From Candidatus Latescibacterota bacterium (GTDB lineage Bacteria > Latescibacterota > UBA2968 > UBA8231), in the NCBI GenBank assembly GCA_965197905.1, contig CBDAOB010000005.1, forward strand, positions 1,024,001 to 1,088,000: DNA of 64,000 bases, read 5' to 3'. Below are positions 30,612 to 39,241 of this stretch, piece by piece; position 1 is the stretch's first letter, and every line of letters begins with the position of its first letter. Position numbers and translations under genes: made by a program. The notes under the pieces are model-generated. The model had not been told where the DNA came from. It worked only from the letters and a program-made list of their open reading frames with translations, and ran no database searches.

Positions 30612-30644
30612 GAGCGTGTCAAAGCGAATACCCAGGCACGCTCC
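30611..30644 (+). terminator. Stem-loop immediately after the Gfo/Idh/MocA stop codon
   Basis: ggagcgtg(tc)...(gg)cacgctcc inverted repeat. No U-tract follows, so terminator function is uncertain. Confidence 0.3.
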
Positions 30645-30847
30645 CAGGCAGATGAAGGCGGCGATTTCTCAACCTGGGCTGATCTGCGCCGATAGTAGAA
30701 GGAGAAGCCTTATTCCGTTTTTTTCTCGAACGAAGGATCCCGCCCATCGTCCAGTCCGCTCGACTTCTTTTCCTGATGATAGCTTTGCACGGAAGCTCGG
30801 CCATAGTACAGGCCGATACCCATTCCACAGCTACAGTCGACACCGAT

Positions 30848-31189
30848 ATGAGTGGGCGCCAGGTGTCCGAGTGGGAGCTGGGGACGATTACCAAGAAGAT
30901 CCGCGCGTTTGAGGCGATCCAGACGGAGGATCTGTTACCCCCTCAAGTGAGCCAGATGGGGCGGATTTTCGCCGTACGACCCGCCGCCATCGAGAGGTTT
31001 CTCTGGGGATTCTCGATGGCGCCGCCGACGCACCGCCTCGCTGGAACCCGCTGGTACACCGTCTGGTACACGGACGCGGAGATCAGGCACTCGGTGACGC
31101 TTCGTATGGATGGCGAACGCCGCATCATCGAGCGGGTGCGCCGACAGCAATCCGCAGCACCGAATCGAACCGTCGCCTACGAAGACTAG
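30848..31189 (+). CDS. Small hypothetical protein
   Basis: 113-codon ORF filling an otherwise empty gap; no recognisable motif. Confidence 0.45.
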   Translation: MSGRQVSEWELGTITKKIRAFEAIQTEDLLPPQVSQMGRIFAVRPAAIERFLWGFSMAPPTHRLAGTRWYTVWYTDAEIRHSVTLRMDGERRIIERVRRQQSAAPNRTVAYED

Positions 31190-31325
31190 CTTCGCGACCC
31201 TCCGCGGGCCGCGCGGACAAGGCTCCTCTCTCTAGTCACTTCAGTTGACCCCATAGACACATTCCGTTTTCTTCCTTCACTCGCAAAAAGAAAAAGGCGG
31301 GTCGTTTTTATAGGGGAAGAACGGT

Positions 31326-32351
31326 GTGACCGCAGCATACTACACTGGACCGGGACAGCTCGAATTCCGGCCGTGCGAGCCGCGGCAGCCGGCATCGTCC
31401 GAGGTTTGCATCGACGTCGCGTACGCCGGCGTCTGTGGCTCGGATCTCTCGATCTACCGCGGACATCGAGACGAACGCATGTCTTTGCCGACGATCATCG
31501 GCCACGAGATGTCCGGAACGGTTGCGGAGGTCGGGGACGAGGCCGGCGAGTGGCAACCCGGCGACCGGGTCGTGGTGTTGCCGTTCGAGACCTGCGGCAG
31601 TTGTCGCGCCTGCCAACAGGGTCTTTCTCACATCTGCTACAACATGGACTTCTTCGGCGTCGAGAGTGCCGGGGCCTTCCAGGACTCATGGACGGTGCCG
31701 GCCCATACGCTCCATCGTCTGCCGAGAGGGATGCCCCTGGAGCATGCCGCCCTCGTCGAACCGGTTTCGGTGGCTATGCACGCGGTGCGTACGTCTGCCC
31801 TCAAGGAAGGGGACTTCACCGTCGTACTGGGTGGCGGACCGATTGGGCTGCTGACCGCATTGGTGGCAAAATTCCGCGGAGGCAGCGTGCTGTTGTCGGA
31901 GCCGAATCCGTTTCGCCTCGACTTTGCCCGCGCCTTGGGTTTTGATGTGGTCGACCCCACCGTGGACGATCTGCAGGAAGCGGTGCGGGAGGCCACCGAT
32001 GGGTCGGGGGCAGATCTCGTATTCGAGGTTTCCGGCTCCCAGGCGGCGGCGTCGATCATGAGCGAGCTGCTGTGCGCCCGCGGTTTGATGCTCGTGGTCG
32101 CCGTCTTCGGCGAGCCGCCGCGCATCAATCTGAAGAGCTGTTTCATGCGCGAGCTGCGCCTGCAGTCGGTTCGCTGTTACACCCACGAGGATTTCGATGC
32201 AGCGATCGATCTGATCGCCAGCGGTCAGTATCCGTTCGAGCGCGTGATAACCGGGCAGGTCCAGGTAGAAGAGCTTGGCGATGTATTCAACGAGATGGAG
32301 ACGGGCGCGCCGGTCATGAAGACCTTGCTGAAGATTGGTGGACAGGCTTGA
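31326..32351 (+). CDS. Zn-dependent medium-chain dehydrogenase (sugar-acid type)
   Basis: 'GVCGSD', 'GHEMSG', CxxCxxC..C structural Zn site, 'GGGPIG'. Confidence 0.92.
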   Translation: MTAAYYTGPGQLEFRPCEPRQPASSEVCIDVAYAGVCGSDLSIYRGHRDERMSLPTIIGHEMSGTVAEVGDEAGEWQPGDRVVVLPFETCGSCRACQQGLSHICYNMDFFGVESAGAFQDSWTVPAHTLHRLPRGMPLEHAALVEPVSVAMHAVRTSALKEGDFTVVLGGGPIGLLTALVAKFRGGSVLLSEPNPFRLDFARALGFDVVDPTVDDLQEAVREATDGSGADLVFEVSGSQAAASIMSELLCARGLMLVVAVFGEPPRINLKSCFMRELRLQSVRCYTHEDFDAAIDLIASGQYPFERVITGQVQVEELGDVFNEMETGAPVMKTLLKIGGQA

Positions 32352-33118
32352 GTGTGCTCGAAGGTTTCCAGTTGCACGGTAAGACGGCGCTGGTCACCGG
32401 CTGCCGTCGGGGCATCGGTGCCGGCATGGCTCAAGCGTTGGCTGAAGCGGGCGCCGATATCGTCGGGGTCAGCGCCCAGCTGGAAAGCAGCGGAAGCGAG
32501 GTGCAATCGTTGGTGGAAAGGTGTGGCCGCACCTTCAAAGGATACGCATGTGATCTTGGAGATCGCGCCGCGGTCCGCCAGTTCATCGCCGAGGTCAAGA
32601 ACCAGGAAGCGGCGATCGATATTCTGATCAACAATGCCGGAATCATCCGGCGAACTCCCGCCGCGGATCATTCCGATACTGATTGGGACGATGTTCTGGA
32701 GGTGAACCTGTCGGCTCAGTTCGTGCTGGCGCGCGAGTTTGGCAGGGGCATGATCGAACGCGGCGATGGCAAGATCGTCTTCACCGCTTCCATCCTGAGT
32801 TTTCAGGGCGGCATCACCGTGCCCGGGTATGCCGCGTCGAAAGGGGCGATCGCTCAATTGACCATGGCGCTGGCCAATGAATGGGCGGGCAGTGGAGTAA
32901 ATGTGAATGCCATAGCGCCGGGGTACATCCGCACGGACAATACCCAGGCGCTGCAGGATGACGAGGAACGTTTCCAGCAGATTCTAACGCGGATCCCGGC
33001 GGGGCGTTGGGGCACCACGGACGATTTGAAGGGCGCGGTCGTGTTCCTCAGTTCGTCCGCTTCTTCCTACGTCAACGGTATCACTCTCGTCGTCGACGGA
33101 GGTTGGATGGGGCGGTGA
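32348..33118 (+). CDS. kduD: 2-dehydro-3-deoxy-D-gluconate 5-dehydrogenase-like SDR
   Basis: 'TGCRRGIG', 'NNAGIIRR', 'SFQGGITVPGYAASKG', 'NEWA', 'RIPAGRWG', 'VDGGWMGR'. TTG start overlaps the upstream stop. Confidence 0.85.
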   Translation: MSVLEGFQLHGKTALVTGCRRGIGAGMAQALAEAGADIVGVSAQLESSGSEVQSLVERCGRTFKGYACDLGDRAAVRQFIAEVKNQEAAIDILINNAGIIRRTPAADHSDTDWDDVLEVNLSAQFVLAREFGRGMIERGDGKIVFTASILSFQGGITVPGYAASKGAIAQLTMALANEWAGSGVNVNAIAPGYIRTDNTQALQDDEERFQQILTRIPAGRWGTTDDLKGAVVFLSSSASSYVNGITLVVDGGWMGR

Positions 33119-34122
33119 TGATCAGCTGCGCGCAATACGGCACCAAACACCGGCATGCGGGGGGCAAGCTTCTGGCTCTGCAGAGAAACCCTGAGGTATC
33201 TCTCGCCGGCGTCTACGAACCCGATCCCGACCGGCGCAGGGAAGTTCAGGATGCGGAGGAAGATAACGCCTACGCAGGGGTGCACTGGTTCGAGAGCGCG
33301 GCGGAGATCCTGGAGAATCCGGATATAGTGGCGGTGGCATCGGAGGGCAACAATCGCGAAAGCCTCGAGCAGACCTCCGCACTGGTGCGCGCCGGCAAAC
33401 ATGTCTGGTACGACAAGCCGGCCGGAGATGACTGGGAATCCTGGCGCACCGTCGTCGCCGAGGCGGAAGAGCGAGGACTATTCGTCCAGCTGGGGTACAT
33501 GCTGCGTTACCACGACGGGTTCGCACGGATCATCAGCTGGGCCAAGAACGAAGTTCTGGGGGATATCTTTTTCGTGCGTGCCCATATGTCGACGCATATT
33601 CCGGAGGAATACCGGCGACAAATCGCCCGGGATCATATGGGCGGCATCATGTTCGACCTTGGCGGTCACGTGCTCGATCAGATCGTCTGGTTATTGGGTC
33701 GTCCGAGCAAGGTTACACCCTTTCTGCGCAATGACGGTATCAGGATACCCGATTTTCCCGACAACACCCTCGCCGTGTTCGAGTTCGAACGGGCCATGGC
33801 GATCATCGAGATCTCAGCGATGGAAAGCCGGCCCATGGCACGCCGGTTCGAGGTCTATGGCAGCAACGGCAGCGCAATAATCCTCGAACCGTTCGAACCC
33901 GGTCATCAGGTGCGTCTCTGTCTCGAAGAGCCGCGGGAAGGGTACTCGTCGGGAGCCCACCTGCTGTCCATACGGGGCTGCTCCCGGCAGCAACTCTACG
34001 AGCTCGAGCTGGAGGCGTTCCTGGCTGCCGTCAAAGGGGAGCAACCGCCGGACCGCCCTTTCGACCACGAGCTGCTGGTTCAGGAGAGTCTGCTGCGAGC
34101 TACCGGCCATTTGCCCGGTTGA
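33118..34122 (+). CDS. Gfo/Idh/MocA family oxidoreductase
   Basis: 'GKHVWYDKP', 'GYMLRY', 'GGIMFDLGGHVLD'. Confidence 0.88.
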   Translation: MISCAQYGTKHRHAGGKLLALQRNPEVSLAGVYEPDPDRRREVQDAEEDNAYAGVHWFESAAEILENPDIVAVASEGNNRESLEQTSALVRAGKHVWYDKPAGDDWESWRTVVAEAEERGLFVQLGYMLRYHDGFARIISWAKNEVLGDIFFVRAHMSTHIPEEYRRQIARDHMGGIMFDLGGHVLDQIVWLLGRPSKVTPFLRNDGIRIPDFPDNTLAVFEFERAMAIIEISAMESRPMARRFEVYGSNGSAIILEPFEPGHQVRLCLEEPREGYSSGAHLLSIRGCSRQQLYELELEAFLAAVKGEQPPDRPFDHELLVQESLLRATGHLPG

Positions 34123-34171
34123 GAAAACCCCATCATCTGTATGACCAAACTCCAAAAAGGAGCGCTTCGTC

Positions 34172-34963
34172 ATGTTGGTAGAAGGCAAGAAAGCACTCAT
34201 CACCGGATCCGGTCGGGGCATCGGCCGCGGCATCGCCCAGCTGCTGGCCGAGGAAGGGGCCGATGTTGGGATCAACGATCTGGAGCGCAACGAGGCGGCT
34301 GAAGAGACCCTGCAGCTGGTCGGTGACACCGGGCGCAAAGCGAGCTGGCATCAGGCAGACGTCAGCACGGCCGATGGGATCAACCGGATGATCGACGAAT
34401 TCATCGCGACCCACGGCCGCATCGACATCATGGTGAACAACGCCGTTTCCACCCACGACAAACCGTTTCTCGAGATTACCGAAGAGGATTGGGATGCGGA
34501 GCTGGCTGTCGCCTTGAAGGGATATTTCCTCTGCAGCCAGCGCGCGGCGCGGGAGATGGTGAAGCAAGGGGATGGTGGCCGCATCGTCTGTATCAGCAGC
34601 GTTCACGCCCTCAGGGCCTGGGATGGGGATCTGATCTACGGTGTGTGCAAGGCCGGTCTGCTGCGCATGGTGCGCAGTATCGCCCTGGATCTCCACGGAC
34701 ACGACATAAACGCCAACTGCATCCTGCCCGGTTACATCGACAGCCGCTTGCTGCCTCCGGAGGAGGAGCACAAACGCGGCAAGATCGGCCATGCCGAGCA
34801 TGCCTGGCCCTGGATTCCGTGCAATCGCAGCGGCCTGCCCCTCGACATCGCCAAGGCCGTGCTGTTCCTGTCTTCCGGATTAAGCGACTATGTCAACGGC
34901 GAGTCCATCACGGTCGACGGTGGCTTGTTGGTGGGTGGCACACCCGAAACCAACCAAAGCTGA
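34172..34963 (+). CDS. SDR-family oxidoreductase
   Basis: TGSGRGIG, NNA, YGVCK, VDGG. Confidence 0.9.
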   Translation: MLVEGKKALITGSGRGIGRGIAQLLAEEGADVGINDLERNEAAEETLQLVGDTGRKASWHQADVSTADGINRMIDEFIATHGRIDIMVNNAVSTHDKPFLEITEEDWDAELAVALKGYFLCSQRAAREMVKQGDGGRIVCISSVHALRAWDGDLIYGVCKAGLLRMVRSIALDLHGHDINANCILPGYIDSRLLPPEEEHKRGKIGHAEHAWPWIPCNRSGLPLDIAKAVLFLSSGLSDYVNGESITVDGGLLVGGTPETNQS

Positions 34964-35049
34964 TAGCGGCCGATGCCATCGTCGGGCTGCGGGCTTCGAA
35001 ACTTGCGGGTGCCGCCTACTCCGCCGCGAAACCTGCGTCCCGGAACTGA

Positions 35050-35496
35050 TTATGAAGCCGGTCGACCAGATCTACCAGTAGTCCGGCCGCTGGCTTCACC
35101 CACCATCACCCGGGTGCCTTCCTGGTTCTCGCACCAGACTTCCAAGGAACAGGTGCCATCCGCTTCAATGTCGGCGATGCGGGCTTTGGTCTGTACGGTA
35201 TCGTTCTCGGCCACCGGGTGGATGAATTTGAGGTTCGAGGTGGTGCCGTGCCGCAGCCAGCCGGCGCCAAAGAGCTCGATCATGAGCTCGGCGAGATGGC
35301 CCAGGTACTGGGTCGAGGAGACGTAGATCGTCTCGAGACCGGACGCCTTTGCAGTCTGCAGGTCGGTGTGAATGTTCTTCCGCGGCCAACCGGGGGTATT
35401 GAGCGGTCCTCCGGAAAAGGCGGCGATCCGTTCCCAAGACATCTTCTTCGTTCTACCGGCAAACACCTTCCCAATTTCAGTATCTCTGTCAATCAT
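35050..35496 (-). CDS. MaoC/hot-dog fold dehydratase-like protein
   Basis: 'NIHTD..TAKASGL' hydratase-like motif; 'LKFIHPV'. Confidence 0.75.
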   Translation of the reverse strand: MIDRDTEIGKVFAGRTKKMSWERIAAFSGGPLNTPGWPRKNIHTDLQTAKASGLETIYVSSTQYLGHLAELMIELFGAGWLRHGTTSNLKFIHPVAENDTVQTKARIADIEADGTCSLEVWCENQEGTRVMVGEASGRTTGRSGRPAS

Positions 35497-35504
35497 CGAT
35501 ATTC

Positions 35505-35930
35505 TCAGGTGAGTTTTGGAGCCGCGAAAGTGTTGGTCATTTTTCTCCGCAGGATCTCCAGCCCATCTTCGTCGGCAATGAGTATGTCCAGCACATGCCA
35601 GGGCCGTCCCCGTTTTTCGAACTTTTCGACCACTTCCCAGGTGACGGTCAAACGTTTGCCCACCCGTGCTGGATTACAGTAGTTGGTCTCTTCGGCTGCG
35701 TGAATCTCAGCCCACCCTTGCGGAAGATGGAAAGATGAGCTCCGTGTATTGTTGCTCATATTGAGCAACAGTCCGGGGTGCGCAATGGGATCCTCCGCGT
35801 CGAGGTAGATCGCGCTGTAGTCCTCCTCGGCGTATAGGTACTGTTCGTTGAGCTCGCGAGTGACGACAAATTCGAGCGGCGCAAAGCGCTCGCCAACGTC
35901 CATTATATGCGCACTTTTCGGTTCCGACAC
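35505..35930 (-). CDS. Hot-dog fold protein (MaoC N-terminal-like)
   Basis: 'PARVGKRLTVTWEVVEKFEKRGR' pattern; adjacent to the MaoC-like gene. Confidence 0.65.
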   Translation of the reverse strand: MSEPKSAHIMDVGERFAPLEFVVTRELNEQYLYAEEDYSAIYLDAEDPIAHPGLLLNMSNNTRSSSFHLPQGWAEIHAAEETNYCNPARVGKRLTVTWEVVEKFEKRGRPWHVLDILIADEDGLEILRRKMTNTFAAPKLT

Positions 35931-36082
35931 GGTTCAAACTCCTTTGGTTTGGCTTGGCAGTATCGGGCGACGAAGACCGGAGAAGGGAAGGAAAGATAAG
36001 GATTGCATGGTGAGCGGCAATCGAGCAGGTTTTGTATTCGCTGCCGTGACGGGTGGCCAATTTATCGGAAAACGAGGATCTC

Positions 36083-37849
36083 ATGAAATATCTGATGCGG
36101 TTTCTTGCCGCGATAGGCGCGCTGACGCTTCTGGCGGTCGTGCTTCTGGTAATCGCCGTGAGTCTGGTCGGCAGTGGGAAAGAGTCGGTTCCCGAAACGG
36201 CCATTCTTGAGCTCGACCTGGAGCAGCAGTTGGTCGAGTACGTTCCCGAGGATCCGGTTGCCCAGGCGCTGTCTTTGGCGGAAGAGCAGCTGACGGTTCG
36301 CCAGGTGACGGAGGCGCTAGAGCGAGCAGCGGACGACTCCAGGGTGGTTGGAATCTTTGCCCGCGTTGGGGCGGCTCCTATGGGGATGGCGGTGATTCAG
36401 GAGCTGCGCGATGCAATAATGGCCTTTCAAGAAGTTGGGAAGTTCGCCGTCGCGCATGCCGAAACCTTCGGGGAATTCGGACCTGGGAGTGGCTCCTACT
36501 ATTTAGCCACCAGTTTCGGAGAGATCTACCTGCAGCCCAGCGGAGATCTGGGTTTGACCGGCATCATGTATGAAAGCCCCTTTCTAAGAGGGGCCATGGA
36601 GAGGCTCCACATAAAGCCGCGGCTGTCGAAACGCAAGGAGTACAAGAATGCGGCCAATCTGTTCACCGAGGAGTCGTACACCGAAGCCCATAAAGAGTCG
36701 GTCACGAGGCTCATGAACGCTCAGTTCCTCCAGCTGGTCGCCGGAATCGGCGCGGCTCGAGGAATGGAAGGCGACGCGGTAAAGGCGCTGATGGAGGTCG
36801 CGCCTCTGAGTTCCCAGAATGCTCTCGACAGCGGATTGATTGATGGTCTCTACTACCGCGATGAGGTTTCCGAGCAGGTGAAGAAGCGAGCTGAGAACGG
36901 CAAGCTGATCGAGTTGAAGAAGTACCTGCGAAAGACGAAGGATTCGATCGAAACAGGTCCGGTGATCGCCCTGGTCTACGGTACTGGCCAGGTACACCGG
37001 GGGAAGAGCGATTTTAATCCATTGGGCGGTTCGCCCTCCATGGGGAGTAGCACCGTCACCGCCGCCGTTCGCGACGCCGCGAAGGAAGAGGATGTGAAAG
37101 CGATTGTCTTCCGCGTCGACTCGCCGGGAGGATCCTACGTGGCTTCGGATGCGATCTGGCGCGAATTTCAACAGGCTCGAGAGGCAGATAAGCCGGTGAT
37201 CGTCAGCATGGGCAACGTCGCCGCCTCCGGGGGATATTTCGTCTCGATACCGGCCACCAAGATCGTTGCACAACCGGGCACTATCACGGGATCGATCGGG
37301 GTGCTGGCAGGTAAGCTGGTCACCGGCGAGTTCTGGAAGAGGCACCTTGGGGTTACCTGGGACGAGGTGCACACCAATACCAACGCTACCATGTGGACCG
37401 GCGTCCAGGATTACACCCCGCAACAGCAGGAGAAGCTGGAACAGGTGCTGGACCGGATCTATCTAGATTTCACCGGCAAGGTAGCTGCCGCACGGGATCT
37501 GACGACGAGCCAGGTCGAGGCAGTCGCCGGCGGCCGGATCTGGAGCGGCTCCGACGCCATGGCCCACGGATTGGTCGACACGCTTGGGGGATTGGAGCTG
37601 GCGGTGCGCCTGGCAAGTGAGGAAGCCGGGCTCGACCCACAGGAACCGGCAACCTTTCGCATATATCCGCGTCCGAAACCATTGCTGGAGCAGCTGCTGG
37701 AACGGCTGGATACCGGTGGCGGCGCCCAGGCAACGGCCGGTCGTCAGCTGGCCGTTATCCTCAAGCCGCTTGCTCGGGTCGCCGCAGAGCTGGAAAACGC
37801 CCATGCCGGCGGAGTTCTGCAGATGCCGGGGCTAAAGCCCTCGTGGTAG
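36083..37849 (+). CDS. sppA: Signal peptide peptidase SppA (67K type)
   Basis: N-terminal TM; 'YYLATS', 'EYKNA', 'RVDSPGGS', 'SMGNVAASGGY', 'TITGSIGV'. Confidence 0.95.
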   Translation: MKYLMRFLAAIGALTLLAVVLLVIAVSLVGSGKESVPETAILELDLEQQLVEYVPEDPVAQALSLAEEQLTVRQVTEALERAADDSRVVGIFARVGAAPMGMAVIQELRDAIMAFQEVGKFAVAHAETFGEFGPGSGSYYLATSFGEIYLQPSGDLGLTGIMYESPFLRGAMERLHIKPRLSKRKEYKNAANLFTEESYTEAHKESVTRLMNAQFLQLVAGIGAARGMEGDAVKALMEVAPLSSQNALDSGLIDGLYYRDEVSEQVKKRAENGKLIELKKYLRKTKDSIETGPVIALVYGTGQVHRGKSDFNPLGGSPSMGSSTVTAAVRDAAKEEDVKAIVFRVDSPGGSYVASDAIWREFQQAREADKPVIVSMGNVAASGGYFVSIPATKIVAQPGTITGSIGVLAGKLVTGEFWKRHLGVTWDEVHTNTNATMWTGVQDYTPQQQEKLEQVLDRIYLDFTGKVAAARDLTTSQVEAVAGGRIWSGSDAMAHGLVDTLGGLELAVRLASEEAGLDPQEPATFRIYPRPKPLLEQLLERLDTGGGAQATAGRQLAVILKPLARVAAELENAHAGGVLQMPGLKPSW

Positions 37850-37853
37850 AGGA

Positions 37854-38099
37854 TCAGGTCTTGGTGAGGAACTGTTCGATCTGTCGCTTGAAGCGGGCGC
37901 CGTAGATCATGTCGAAGGTGTCCTGCTTGCCGGGGAAAAGCAGGCCGATCTGAAAGCGAAGATCGCCGGCGCGCTCGTGAGCTTCATGGGGATCAACTAG
38001 ACGGTTCTCGATCAGATGCGAGAGGTGGTCCACCATTTCGCGCACCGTTTGGAGGCGCACGGCCTCCCGTCCGCAGCGCAATTCATTGATGGAAGCCAT
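37854..38099 (-). CDS. Small helical hypothetical protein
   Basis: 81-aa ORF abutting the AKR stop codon; 'LFPGKQDTFDMIYGARFKR' looks like a conserved motif. Confidence 0.65.
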   Translation of the reverse strand: MASINELRCGREAVRLQTVREMVDHLSHLIENRLVDPHEAHERAGDLRFQIGLLFPGKQDTFDMIYGARFKRQIEQFLTKT

Positions 38100-39029
38100 T
38101 CAACTGTCCTCTTTCACCGGACCGTAATCAGGGCCCCACGCTTCTGCGATCTTTCGTCCGTCGCGATCTAGCGCGGGGAGGTCGGGGGCGGCCAAGGGTG
38201 CATAATCCTTGACCCACGAAAGATTCTCCGCCAGTTCTTGCTCATTGTACATCCCGATCACAGCGATTGCTATCCCGGGCAACCCCAGGGCATAACGCAA
38301 CGCCTTCTGGTGATCGTGCGGGCCATGGGCTGCCAGGGCCGACTTGCGCTTCGATTCCGTCGGGCCGGTTTCGTAGTTCATCGACTCCGCGCCGCCGTAC
38401 ACCTTCATGGCGGCCACACCTACATTTCGTTCCACTGCCAGCGGCAACACCAGCTCCTCGAAATTGTAGGTGTAACGGTCGGCATAGTTCATCCCCAACA
38501 TCACCACATCGACCTCGGCCTCACGCAGGATACGCGCCGCCTTCCGGGGCCGATTGTGGGTGCTGAAACCCAGGTATCGGGTCCATCCCCGACGCTGAGC
38601 TTCCCGCAATCCTGCGAGAGCACCGCCGGCGCTCAAGACTTCATCCGTGTCCAGGCCGCCCACGTCGTGGACGTAGGTCAGGTCCACCTGATCGATCCCC
38701 AGGTCTGTGAGGTTCTCCTGAAGGATGTCCAGTGCTTTCGTGGCGCTTGCGGTAAGGACCTTGGTTACGACAAAAACCTCGTCGCGGCGCGCGGGTAGCA
38801 TCTGCCCGAGCTGTTTTTGCGCGCGTCCGTAGCCGGGAGCCGTATCCAGGTAGGTTACTCCGCGATCTACCGCTGCGTGGAATAGCTCTATAGCAGCTTC
38901 ATCTTCGAGGCCTATGCCGGCGGGGGCGGTTCCAAGTCCTAGTATAGGCACGATTTCCCCGGTTTTTCCGAGGATGCGCTCGGGCATTCCCCTTGCGTCC
39001 GTAACTGTTTTTAAATCAATATCTTGCAT
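38100..39029 (-). CDS. Aldo/keto reductase
   Basis: 'RILGKTG', 'GVTYLDTAPGYG', 'VVTK', 'AAMKVYGG'. Confidence 0.9.
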   Translation of the reverse strand: MQDIDLKTVTDARGMPERILGKTGEIVPILGLGTAPAGIGLEDEAAIELFHAAVDRGVTYLDTAPGYGRAQKQLGQMLPARRDEVFVVTKVLTASATKALDILQENLTDLGIDQVDLTYVHDVGGLDTDEVLSAGGALAGLREAQRRGWTRYLGFSTHNRPRKAARILREAEVDVVMLGMNYADRYTYNFEELVLPLAVERNVGVAAMKVYGGAESMNYETGPTESKRKSALAAHGPHDHQKALRYALGLPGIAIAVIGMYNEQELAENLSWVKDYAPLAAPDLPALDRDGRKIAEAWGPDYGPVKEDS

Positions 39030-39241
39030 GCCAGCCGTCCCGTGTGCCAGGCGGTAGAGAACGACCCAAATCTAAGCCCCATTTGTAGCCCTGCAAAGGA
39101 AAACCTCCTGAAAAGAGGGGGCACCGTGACTAGGATCACGCAGAAACCGTCCTACCTCGTCGAAATCTATAAGTAAGAGACATCACGTAATACTACGTAA
39201 TAGTTTTTGGTTCGTAACTCAGAGACGAGGAGACGGGTACC

